Below, one piece after another: positions 39,665 through 50,369 of a stretch of 64,000 nucleotides of DNA. The notes under the pieces are model-generated. The model saw only the letters and a list, made by a program, of their open reading frames with translations, was not told the origin of the DNA and did no database searches. The stretch comes from a bacterium (GTDB lineage: Bacteria; SM23-31), in the NCBI GenBank assembly GCA_965249485.1, contig OZ252239.1, forward strand, positions 2,976,001 to 3,040,000, given 5' to 3'. A program made the position numbers and the translations under genes. Numbering within the stretch: the first letter of the stretch is position 1; each line of letters opens with the position of its first letter.

Positions 39665-40939
39665 TCACACCTGACCACCACAGCGGGATATGATTTTTTC
39701 TCCGAACTTATCCCGGAGAATATCCATGACTGGAAGAACATCACTTTTTCGAAAAGAGTTCTCAAACAAATCGTGCTGGTGCTCATACATACCCTCACTC
39801 TCAACAAGGGGAACGAGTTTAGACACTGAGATACCGAGAAGTCTGACCGCTCTTTTGTTGTTATAAAGATGATGAAATAACATTTTCCCCGCAATATATA
39901 TTTCTTGATCGTCCCAAATCAGTTCAGGAAATGTCTCACGATGAGTATGAGTTTCAAAATCGGCATACCGTAATTTTAGCGTAACTGTCTTGCCACCAAA
40001 TCCTCTCTTTCTCATTCTTCGTCCTACTTTTTGGGATAATTTCAAGAGCATACGAAGCGGCATATCGGGAGTACTCATGTCATGTTGAAAAGTGTGCTCA
40101 TGTCCGATCGACTTTTCATCGATCCGTTTATCAATAGGAACAACTGACGCGGCGCTGTCGCCCATTGCAACTTTTTTAAGGTGTTCGCCATTAACACCGA
40201 AGCACTTTTTTAATCTATTAACCGGATGAACCGCAAGATCCCCTATTGTATATATCCCTATAGAATTCAGTACGGACTCTGTTTTTTCTCCAATTCCCCA
40301 CAACTTACCAACAGAAATAGGAAAGACTTGAGATGCTATTTCCTTTTTATGCAACACAGTTAATCCATCAGGTTTTTGCAGACCAGATGCTAACTTGGCC
40401 ATTATTCTATTCCAGGCTATTCCAACAGTACAGGTCAATTCAAGCGAGTCAACAATCTCCTGTTTCAGCATTTTGGCCAATTGAACTTCATTCTCAAAAT
40501 TGTTTTGCATATTCGAAATATCGAGGTATGCCTCATCAATGCTAACAGGTTCGACAATCGGAGTGTATTTATGGAATATTTCAACGATTTTAATAGCGGT
40601 ACTCGTATACTTTTTCCCGTTTGTTTTCAGATATACTCCATGCGGACATCGCCGTCCTGCTTCAGTTAACCCCATTCCGGAGCAGACACCAAACTGCCGT
40701 GCTTCATACGAGCAGGTTGATACGACTCCTCGTGCTCCTGCCGCCCCCCCGACAATGACTGGTTTCCCTTTCAAATGGGGGTTATCGCGCTGCTCGATTG
40801 CAGCAAAAAAAGCATCCATATCGACATGAAGAATACGTGTTTCATGCTGTTGCGGGACTTGTAGTGTTTTATTCCTCTGTCCTGCTTTGTGAGTTGTTCG
40901 CTGCAGTTTAATGAGTTCTTCAAGCGGGTGCCAGGTCAT
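39665..40939 (-). CDS. dinB: DNA polymerase IV (Y family)
   Basis: HVDMDAFFA, SYEARQFG, SIDEAYLD, KPDG; clamp-binding motif QHDLF. Confidence 0.93.
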   Translation of the reverse strand: MTWHPLEELIKLQRTTHKAGQRNKTLQVPQQHETRILHVDMDAFFAAIEQRDNPHLKGKPVIVGGAAGARGVVSTCSYEARQFGVCSGMGLTEAGRRCPHGVYLKTNGKKYTSTAIKIVEIFHKYTPIVEPVSIDEAYLDISNMQNNFENEVQLAKMLKQEIVDSLELTCTVGIAWNRIMAKLASGLQKPDGLTVLHKKEIASQVFPISVGKLWGIGEKTESVLNSIGIYTIGDLAVHPVNRLKKCFGVNGEHLKKVAMGDSAASVVPIDKRIDEKSIGHEHTFQHDMSTPDMPLRMLLKLSQKVGRRMRKRGFGGKTVTLKLRYADFETHTHRETFPELIWDDQEIYIAGKMLFHHLYNNKRAVRLLGISVSKLVPLVESEGMYEHQHDLFENSFRKSDVLPVMDILRDKFGEKIISRCGGQV

Positions 40940-41163
40940 GGTTAATTTGATGGTAATTATGTTTAATTAAAACTAATTCGGTTAATTAATTATTGATTTT
41001 TACTTTATTTTTCGATCTCATTTCGAGTTCTGAATAGTAAAGAAAACATCTTGGTATGAAATTTCTCCACTTCACCCTGAATTCAATGAATTATTTCAGT
41101 GCTCCGGTCGAAATGTCAAGATACTATTTGACAGGCACACTTTTATTACCGAAATACACATCT

Positions 41164-41457
41164 TCATCCATCCATGCAAATGCGGGAAAGCTCCCACGAA
41201 AGGTTGCGGAGATTAAAGGTCAGCTCAAAACAGTCGGGGCCATTCACCATGACCGAAAAATGATAAAGACGATTGATCCCCTCATCGCTAACCCATCCCC
41301 CATTTACTTTCGATATCTTATACACCCGCTCGTTCCATCGGAATCGGAGCGGTTTCACCTTGCCGTGCTGAAAGAGGGTAATAACTTCCACCGGCTGAAA
41401 TACATCTTCATACGTCATTGCTGTTGTTCCATACATAACGGTGGATTGTGCTTCCAT
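41164..41457 (-). CDS. Small protein resembling the ImuB C-terminal/DUF6504-like domain
   Basis: PLRFRWNERVYKI...W...YHFSV...FELTFN...WEL pattern; directly upstream of dinB. Confidence 0.6.
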   Translation of the reverse strand: MEAQSTVMYGTTAMTYEDVFQPVEVITLFQHGKVKPLRFRWNERVYKISKVNGGWVSDEGINRLYHFSVMVNGPDCFELTFNLRNLSWELSRICMDG

Positions 41458-41471
41458 ACCGATTACAATTA

Positions 41472-41861
41472 CTACTGAAACTCTCGTTTGATATTCTCAA
41501 ATTCTCTCAACAGCGATTCGTGCTGTTTCCGGAACTCCTCGTCACTCATATCAGAAGCCTGAAACATTGTAAAAAGCACAACGCTTGCTCCACCGGGCAG
41601 CCCCAGAACACGAACCGGAAACACACCCATTGTATCTTTATCAGGTCCTGCAAACATATCGATCACACCGGTCCCGAAGTCCGCTTTTATTTCGAAATAC
41701 ATCTCACCCATTGGAGTTGTAACTTTATAATCCGACTCTTCCGTTTTAAGCTCCCTGCAAAATTCAGTGGCCCATTTTGGCAGGTTTTCTATTGTTGACA
41801 AATACGAAAATACACTGTCCTGTGGTGCGGAAAGTACCAACGATACAGTTCTTGAATTCAT
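41472..41861 (-). CDS. SRPBCC (START/Bet v1-like) family protein
   Basis: APQDSVFSYLSTIENLPKWA; C-terminal helix EFENIKREF. Confidence 0.8.
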   Translation of the reverse strand: MNSRTVSLVLSAPQDSVFSYLSTIENLPKWATEFCRELKTEESDYKVTTPMGEMYFEIKADFGTGVIDMFAGPDKDTMGVFPVRVLGLPGGASVVLFTMFQASDMSDEEFRKQHESLLREFENIKREFQ

Positions 41862-41946
41862 CTATAGATCCTTTCATTGTACTAATTCACAGGTGTTGCT
41901 GCGAGGAATCGTATGCAGTGTCCTGAGGTTATTGTGCATATACACA

Positions 41947-42576
41947 TTACATGCGCCGCATTACACCGATGACTTTACCGGCAACCCGAAAACTGGAAAG
42001 ATCTGTTTCAACTATGATAGGTCCGTATGCAGGGTTTTCGGGTTCGAGACGGATCCGGTCATCTTCCGGGTAGTACCGCTTGACTGTTGCCTCATCACCA
42101 ATAATGGCAACGACAATATCACCGGGAAAATATTGAGAAACCGGTTTACCGAGGACGTAATCGCCGTTAAAAATACCTGCATCTTTCATGCTGTCTCCAC
42201 TCACCGTGAGCGCAAACACACCATCTGCCTGAATAAATGAGGAATCGACTGCGAGATATCCGTCAAGATTCTCTTCTGCAAGCACCGGCGCACCGGCGGC
42301 AACTCTCCCGACAACAGGAAGATAGCGAACGTTCTGCACCGGCCGTTTCTCTTCACCACTCAATGGTGTGAGTTCAATTCCCCGTGCAAGATGCGAATCG
42401 CGGGTAATATACCCCTTTTTTTCAAGGGCATCCATATGGACTTTAACACCATTCGTGGATTTGATTCCAAAACGTGCGGCAACTTCACGAAATGTCGGCG
42501 GACGGCTGTGTTCGGTCATCTCATCACGAATAAATTCAAGGACTTCTTGTTGACGCATCGTTAATCCAATCGTCAT
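41947..42576 (-). CDS. lexA: SOS repressor LexA
   Basis: wHTH LTMRQQEVL...PPTFREVA; cleavage site VAAG; VSGDSM (Ser); ATVKR (Lys). Confidence 0.96.
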   Translation of the reverse strand: MTIGLTMRQQEVLEFIRDEMTEHSRPPTFREVAARFGIKSTNGVKVHMDALEKKGYITRDSHLARGIELTPLSGEEKRPVQNVRYLPVVGRVAAGAPVLAEENLDGYLAVDSSFIQADGVFALTVSGDSMKDAGIFNGDYVLGKPVSQYFPGDIVVAIIGDEATVKRYYPEDDRIRLEPENPAYGPIIVETDLSSFRVAGKVIGVMRRM

Positions 42577-42695
42577 GGTATTTTCCTTTTCAGCTTATGT
42601 GTTATTTGCTATTATCCGGTTTGAGCACCTCTCAAACATCAGGGACAGGCTAAAACTACCTTATGTTCATATAAACAGGTTAACTAACTGCCTAT

Positions 42696-42724
42696 AAAAT
42701 AATGAACTAACGTTCACTTGTCAA
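42696..42724 (-). promoter_or_regulatory. lexA sigma70 promoter with a candidate SOS box in the spacer
   Basis: TTGACA-17-TATTTT on the minus strand; palindrome TGAAC-TAAC-GTTCA at 42703-42716. Confidence 0.7.
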
Positions 42725-42845
42725 GGAAAAAATGTATATTTATTGAATAATATGTGCCGTTCCTTCATCAAAACGGGCTGATATATTAAAGTTTGGGAAC
42801 TATTATGAAGAAACTATAGTGTGAACAATAATTGATTCTACCAGC

Positions 42846-43319
42846 GTGAAGATGAACAAAATGCTTTTATATCTTAAAAAAGCAGTCTATATTAAAACAG
42901 TCTTGGGATTAATGTTAGGATGTGCTGTCATAACCATCAGCAGTCCCAACAGGGTATCGGCACAGGATGTTTCAATACTGCCCAGCACCGATTACAAGCT
43001 GGAGATATCCGGAAAGCTGAATGACACAACAGATTTTTTTGGTAGAAAACGGTTTTCCGGTACCATCATCAACAGAGAGAAAAACCGGATAAATTTTATC
43101 AAAGTATCCTTCACACTGCGTGATCGTGAAGGAGAAATACTGGAAACGGTTGAGACGTACATCAGTGGGCAGCGACATAGATATCGTGATCGTCAGGTCA
43201 GCACCAGTTCTCTTTCACCTGGAAGGACCGGAACATTCGACTTCATATCTTCGATCGATGCACAAGATGTCTTCTCATATATCTACACAATAAGCGGCGT
43301 TCAATTCATATACCCATGA
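42846..43319 (+). CDS. Secreted FxLYD domain protein
   Basis: Signal peptide; GTIIN...IKVSFTLRDREGEILET...LSPGRTGTF. Confidence 0.7.
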   Translation: MKMNKMLLYLKKAVYIKTVLGLMLGCAVITISSPNRVSAQDVSILPSTDYKLEISGKLNDTTDFFGRKRFSGTIINREKNRINFIKVSFTLRDREGEILETVETYISGQRHRYRDRQVSTSSLSPGRTGTFDFISSIDAQDVFSYIYTISGVQFIYP

Positions 43320-43371
43320 TATGAGCGGCAAACTGCCTGTATAGCACCGATATACAGGTGATGAATGTATT

Positions 43372-44133
43372 ATGAAGATCAAAGTTCATCGCTCAAAAAT
43401 CAGCAACAAGCGGTTTCAGAAAATCGCCTTCCCCCGTTATTCCCGCAAAGATTTTGAGAATTCCGGAAATAGCACAGAACATACTTCCATCACCAAGGCG
43501 GCAATTACACGCACTTCCGCCAGCTATTCGGAAACCACTGTTATCGGGTGTTTTGCCATTAAAAATCTTAAAGAAATAACTCTCCGCATGAAGGACGATC
43601 CCGAAACGTTCGGGCGGTACTTGAATAAGCTCGTATCGACCTACAATGATATAGTCCTTTCGGATGACGGGATGATCGGGAAATTCTCCGGAACGGGAGC
43701 AATGTTTTCGTTCAAAATTACATCGAACCCCCGTGACGCAATAATCAAAACACTTGTCGCTGCACTGAAAATGCGATATGTATTGAATAAATTCAACCAC
43801 GATTGGGACCAATATCACGGAAATGCATGGCAGGTCGGATTCGGCATAAACTTCGGTGATGTTGAAATTCTGGAAGACCATGATAGTAAACCTTATGTAT
43901 CCATGAATGGAAGAACTGCAGCAATTGCCAAGGGGATCTCACGTTCAGCGGGTAGCAGTCAAGTCCTTATCACCGAATCGATGTATTTGCAATTCCCTTT
44001 TCTCGAAACTTCATTCGATGTAAAACCACCGCGGCACGTGCCTGTAAAGGGGCAGAAATTTGTCAGTAACATCCGAGAAGTAGTCGGAATGGTCGGCCCT
44101 CAGGCTAAGAAAATTTATGAAGTATATGTTTGA
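43372..44133 (+). CDS. Degenerate class III adenylate/guanylate cyclase-like protein
   Basis: Cyclase spacing kept (GKFSGTGAMFSF, VGFGINFGDV, QVLITES, VPVKG) but catalytic Asp/Asp/Asn/Arg replaced. Confidence 0.65.
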   Translation: MKIKVHRSKISNKRFQKIAFPRYSRKDFENSGNSTEHTSITKAAITRTSASYSETTVIGCFAIKNLKEITLRMKDDPETFGRYLNKLVSTYNDIVLSDDGMIGKFSGTGAMFSFKITSNPRDAIIKTLVAALKMRYVLNKFNHDWDQYHGNAWQVGFGINFGDVEILEDHDSKPYVSMNGRTAAIAKGISRSAGSSQVLITESMYLQFPFLETSFDVKPPRHVPVKGQKFVSNIREVVGMVGPQAKKIYEVYV

Positions 44134-44222
44134 TGTTTACTGTGTAGTTTGAATCATATTACCCTCTTTTTTCTGTTTTCTCACGACTCATTCACTCTTC
44201 TTATATAATCAGTAAAAATTCC

Positions 44223-44277
44223 TTGACTTTTTTTGATAAAATGGATATATTTAGCACTCTTCCATTTAGAGTGCTAA
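44223..44277 (+). promoter_or_regulatory. groESL sigma70 promoter with CIRCE element (HrcA operator)
   Basis: TTGACT-17-TATATT followed by a perfect TTAGCACTC-N9-GAGTGCTAA at 44251-44277. Confidence 0.95.
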
Positions 44278-44383
44278 CAAAGGTCTCACCTTGTTTAGCG
44301 CTTAATTTCCGTAATCTGACATGTAATTACGTTTAAAGTTCTCGTTTTAATTTTTAATATAATACAATTTAGGAGGCAGTAAT

Positions 44384-44671
44384 ATGAAGATTAAACCGCT
44401 TGATGATCGGATTGTAGTAAAAGCTTTGGATCCGATAGATAAAACTAAAGGAGGAATCTACTTGCCTGACACAGCAAAGGAAAAACCTCAGGAAGGCAAA
44501 GTAATAGCCGTTGGACCGGGTAGACATTCTGATACCGGTGAGCTTATCAAACCGAGTGTCAAAGTTGGCGACCAGGTTCTCTACTCAAAATACGGCGGAA
44601 CAGAAGTGACCGTTGAAGGCGAAGAATATCTGATCGTTCGTGAAAGTGAACTTCTCGCTGTTATAGGATAA
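44384..44671 (+). CDS. groES: Co-chaperonin GroES
   Basis: IKPLDDRIVV, GGIYLPDTAKEKPQEG, YSKYGGTEV. Confidence 0.98.
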   Translation: MKIKPLDDRIVVKALDPIDKTKGGIYLPDTAKEKPQEGKVIAVGPGRHSDTGELIKPSVKVGDQVLYSKYGGTEVTVEGEEYLIVRESELLAVIG

Positions 44672-44706
44672 AAAATTAGCTGTTTATATGAAATAGGAGG
44701 TATTAA

Positions 44707-46338
<1,632 letters not shown>

Positions 46339-46360
46339 TTTTTGTCCTACTGTTCCTTAT

Positions 46361-46398
46361 AAAAAACCCCGCTCTTTAATCACGAGCGGGTTTTTTTT
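46361..46398. terminator. Bidirectional intrinsic terminator between groEL and rsbW
   Basis: AAAAAAC-CCCGCTC-TTTAATCAC-GAGCGGG-TTTTTTTT. Confidence 0.9.
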
Positions 46399-46428
46399 GT
46401 GCAATTTCTAATGAGGAATTGCAGCAAA

Positions 46429-46857
46429 TCAAATATGCTTGATAATAGTGATTGTGGTCCCCTTATCTGAAAATGAATAATCTAGGCTATCCATCAGTTT
46501 ATTGAGCAGAAAAATCCCTCTTCCGCTGATCCGTTCGATGTTATCCGGATCGAGTGGATTACCCACTTTTGAAGGATCGAAACCTTTTCCTTCATCGGTT
46601 ACTGACACTGAAACTTCGTGAATTGACGCAATGCAGCAGATTGACACGTGTTTCGATTTATCCTGTTTATTTCCGTGAATAATAGCATTGTTGACCAACT
46701 CAGTCACAGCGATAAGAATGTCTTCCCTTTTGTCATCTGAAATATCGATAAGGTGCGTAAACTTTTCTGTAAATTGCTCAACTCTTTCAAGATTGACAAT
46801 GTCACTTGTGATCTTCAACTCACAATCATGCTTATCATTTAAAGTCATAGTCATCAA
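46429..46857 (-). CDS. rsbW: Anti-sigma factor/Ser kinase, RsbW-like
   Basis: AVTELVNNAIIHGN, DEGKGFD, SGRGIFLL. Confidence 0.85.
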   Translation of the reverse strand: MMTMTLNDKHDCELKITSDIVNLERVEQFTEKFTHLIDISDDKREDILIAVTELVNNAIIHGNKQDKSKHVSICCIASIHEVSVSVTDEGKGFDPSKVGNPLDPDNIERISGRGIFLLNKLMDSLDYSFSDKGTTITIIKHI

Positions 46858-46918
46858 TCTTTAAATTACTGAGTTTCTGCAAAAACAAAAATAAGATTAA
46901 TAGTATAGGGATTATTAT

Positions 46919-48805
46919 TTAAAAAAGCCAGTCTACGGATAGATCAACAAACTGGAATTCCCGGTTGCTGCTGCCCTGTGTAACAAACCGTTTCGATGCA
47001 CCTAAGGATATAAGTGATGTTTCATTTATCTGGTAGTTAATTGCAAGCGATATACCTGTATCATTTATTTTCGAGAATCTTTTCTGAAATTCATTCAATA
47101 CTTTAACCTGGTGATGCGTCTCTTTACGTGAAAAAAACTGTATCCCCGGTTTAAGGGTGAAAGCTGGTGTCACATGATAAGCGTAATTTAACATTCCGGA
47201 AACTATCGTTCTATCAATCAGAATATTCTGCACAAAATCTTTCCACCGAAGGAGCCCATTTTCTTCCAGATTGAGCTGAAAAGATGCTTCAATTTCCCCA
47301 TGACGGGTTACGGGAAATTCAAAAGCATGATTCATCGAATACCGCCTGAACACAAAACTCCTGATACGGATAAAAGTATTTTCAAAATCATAATCAACAT
47401 AATTAGCAAGCACACTGAATGTACTTGCTAATCGGAATCCCGAGGGTGATCTATAGGTAATTGTGCTGCCTGTCTGAAATATTCTGTTCCAATTATTATC
47501 TGCACTTCGTTGTTGAAAAATATAGATAAGATGATTTAGACTCGCAAGCGACTCAAATGAGACTAGTGTGTTTGGATTGATATTAAAGGCATAGGTTCCC
47601 TGCACCCTGTATCGCAATTCATCTCGATCATCAAAATTACTCTGAGACGGCGTATTATATTGCAACTTTTCCACATAACTTTCTAACATAAAGCTGCTGT
47701 TCCTCCATCCTGCGCCTTCTGCTTCCAACCCGAGGGCAATTTTTTTCACATCGTTATCGGGTAAGCTGAATGGAACAGAACCAAATACAATTTCCTCATC
47801 CCTATCCGTTTTATAACGCTGCTGCACATTTTGCAGACGCAGGTTAAGCATACTCCTATGTTTCAATCGAGATGCAAGAACAGCAATATCAACCATTATG
47901 TTCCGGTCATCGCGTGAACGCTGAGCGACACCTGCACCCCCTGATATTGATGATATATCAACATCCCCGGCAATAATCTCAGTGTTGACTCTTACTTGAG
48001 CTGTTTTGGTAATTGCATAATTCAAAGTATTGGTAACAGTCTGCACCTGTTCTTTTCGTGTTTCAAGGTTTCCTGCAATTGAAACATAATAATCTCTTCT
48101 TTGTGATGAATTGTGATAGGTAAGCGTATCTGCAGCCTCTTTGGAAAATTGTCGAAAAACAGAAAATGATACAGAGTGGTTTCTGTTTTTCCGTACGCTC
48201 AGATTTTCGGAAAAATATTGTGCCTGAGCTTCCGTTGTATAATCACCCACTTTTTGTTCAAGGACAATAAGGTTTACGCCGAACTGAGGTCCTTTATCGG
48301 TCTTATCAATTCGCTTATCTGCTTTATAACCAAATGAAGGTGATAGCACAATACTATTGTTGATAGATATAGGTATTTGAACATCTAAGCTGTTTTCTTG
48401 AATTTTATTTAAAAATCCTGTTTGGAGATCCGACAAATAGTGTGACGATACATTTACAACCGGCCTGACAGCTTCATACATACGCAACGAGTATTGTGCA
48501 GAAAAGCGATTTATGTCTTTCCATTTATCATCAAATAACGGTATTTTAATTCTGCTTACATCAAATGTATTCGTTATAGTCAGATATCCTTTTCCGACAG
48601 TTCTCGCAAATGCAGCTTTTCCTCTCCAATAATAGATATTATTATTTTGATTATAACTGACCGCAAAATTCCAAGGCTGCGGTGTGTTCTTCGTTCTAAC
48701 TGGAGATGGCATACCGACCTGTGCAACGAGCTCAAATGGGATGAACATTGTTAATACGAAAAGCAGTCCCTTTAATAATACATAATTTCTACTGATTAAT
48801 TTCAT
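46919..48805 (-). CDS. Hypothetical outer-membrane beta-barrel protein
   Basis: Signal peptide, alternating amphipathic strands, C-terminal DLSVDWLF (terminal Phe). Confidence 0.65.
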   Translation of the reverse strand: MKLISRNYVLLKGLLFVLTMFIPFELVAQVGMPSPVRTKNTPQPWNFAVSYNQNNNIYYWRGKAAFARTVGKGYLTITNTFDVSRIKIPLFDDKWKDINRFSAQYSLRMYEAVRPVVNVSSHYLSDLQTGFLNKIQENSLDVQIPISINNSIVLSPSFGYKADKRIDKTDKGPQFGVNLIVLEQKVGDYTTEAQAQYFSENLSVRKNRNHSVSFSVFRQFSKEAADTLTYHNSSQRRDYYVSIAGNLETRKEQVQTVTNTLNYAITKTAQVRVNTEIIAGDVDISSISGGAGVAQRSRDDRNIMVDIAVLASRLKHRSMLNLRLQNVQQRYKTDRDEEIVFGSVPFSLPDNDVKKIALGLEAEGAGWRNSSFMLESYVEKLQYNTPSQSNFDDRDELRYRVQGTYAFNINPNTLVSFESLASLNHLIYIFQQRSADNNWNRIFQTGSTITYRSPSGFRLASTFSVLANYVDYDFENTFIRIRSFVFRRYSMNHAFEFPVTRHGEIEASFQLNLEENGLLRWKDFVQNILIDRTIVSGMLNYAYHVTPAFTLKPGIQFFSRKETHHQVKVLNEFQKRFSKINDTGISLAINYQINETSLISLGASKRFVTQGSSNREFQFVDLSVDWLF

Positions 48806-48841
48806 GATTATTAAAGGTAAGCTTAGATTAAGGTAGGGAGA

Positions 48842-49201
48842 TTAGTGATCACGGTCTTGAGAAGATGGCTTTACAATATAGACCTTTTCATCTTGTTTGA
48901 CGAGCCCATATTTTTCCCGTGCTATACGCTGAATATATTCCGGATCTTCTTTTTTTAACAGATCCATTTCTGTCTGTAACTTTTCTGCTTCTTGTTCAAG
49001 CTGCAATAACTGTGTTGCAAGCTCAACTTCAACTCTCTGTAGCTGATAATACCTGTAGAAACCATAGTCGCCAAAACCAAAAACATACAGAACAAACAGT
49101 ATCAAAAGAGCAGCACAAAATTGCTTCGCAGTTTTTTTCCGCTTCAATAATACTTTTGATACATTCTTTGTTTTATAGGTCTTTACTCTTTTAGAGGCCA
49201 T
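48842..49201 (-). CDS. ftsB: Septum formation initiator FtsB/DivIC
   Basis: TM, GDYGF, coiled coil, DPEYIQRIAREKYGLVKQDE. Confidence 0.85.
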   Translation of the reverse strand: MASKRVKTYKTKNVSKVLLKRKKTAKQFCAALLILFVLYVFGFGDYGFYRYYQLQRVEVELATQLLQLEQEAEKLQTEMDLLKKEDPEYIQRIAREKYGLVKQDEKVYIVKPSSQDRDH

Positions 49202-49246
49202 AATTTGATAATCGTCAAATATCTAAAAATAAAAATACGAATTTGT

Positions 49247-50352
49247 TTATTGTATTGCATCAACAAAAATATTTTTATGCAACATTGCATGGACACCCTT
49301 TTTCCCGTCGACCAGTTGTGTTATACTGAGGTCTACCGCAATACTGCTTAACATATATGCGTCTTCACGTGTCATCGATTTTTCATGAACAAGAAAATCG
49401 ATCATTTCACGCACCGCAATTTTAGTTGCATTTGTAAGGTCTTCGTCGGTCCCCATTGTAATATAATGGGTAGTGGTTTCAGCACGTGGCCAAGTAAGGT
49501 GCATATCCTTTCTGACATGAAAGGATATGCACCCTTGAGTGAGGTTTCCAGAGCGGTTATATCAACTTCTCCATTACCCTGTGCAGCATGACCATCACCT
49601 ATTTGAAACAGTGCCCCTTCGACATGAATTGGAATAAAAAGTGTCGTACCTGCAACAAGCTCTTTGTTATCAAGATTCCCTGCATGTATCCATGGAGGTG
49701 AGCTGCTTATTCTTCCGGCATCCTCTGGAGGGGCAACACCCATACTTCCAAAAAAGGGTTTTAATGGCACTTCGATATTCTTACTAAATTTCGCAACTTT
49801 TCTCGCCGCATCAAGGGGCACAATTTTAATTACAGGATTGTCGAATTCATTTGAAAGAAAACCGTTCCCTACCCCTATCTTATTATAAGCATAGGGTATG
49901 GCTGTTTCAATCGAAAGTATATTAACTTCAAGCACATCACCGGGCTCTGCACCATTAATATAGATCGGCCCGGTTAAAAGATGTGGCCCGGGTCCTCTAT
50001 CAGAAACAATACTATGAACATCTCTGAGTTCTTGTTCAATATCCTGCTGGGGAACTCCCGCTTCTTCGAGCATTTCAGGGCTGCCTACAAGGAGTGTTCT
50101 GATCCGTACAACATCACCTGAGTTTATAGTGAGAGCCGGCTCTGTTTGTGAATAATAATGGCCCCAGACAACATTTTCAGGTGTAGGATTCAGATGATGC
50201 ATTTGAGTGATTTGCGCATCGGATTGAGTGTCTTGTTGAGAGCACGATACAATGAGAAAGAAAAATGTAATACTATAGAATGCATAACTTTTCAGGAACA
50301 TCGGTACTAGCCTTACGGTAAAAACTAATCTTTTCCAAAATTGCGTAAACAT
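49247..50352 (-). pseudogene. Acetamidase/formamidase family gene, frameshifted near 49520
   Basis: HLLTGPIYINGAEPGD, GNLD, GDGHAAQGNGEV in one frame; the C-terminal domain HVRKDMHLTWPRAET...ITQLVDG..GVHA in another. Confidence 0.85.
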
Positions 50353-50369
50353 TGTTATACCTAATTCAT

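Noticed and set aside
41114..41133. TGTCAA-N8-TTGACA palindrome upstream of dinB as an SOS box
   Set aside because: It does not match either palindrome at lexA and can be explained by a -35 hexamer plus chance; left unassigned.
43327..43360. GGCAAAC plus hairpin before the cyclase-like gene as a c-di-GMP-I riboswitch or sigma28 promoter
   Set aside because: No GNRA-capped P2 or downstream GCAAA/P3, and the sigma28 spacing is 13 rather than 15; only a plain hairpin is supported.
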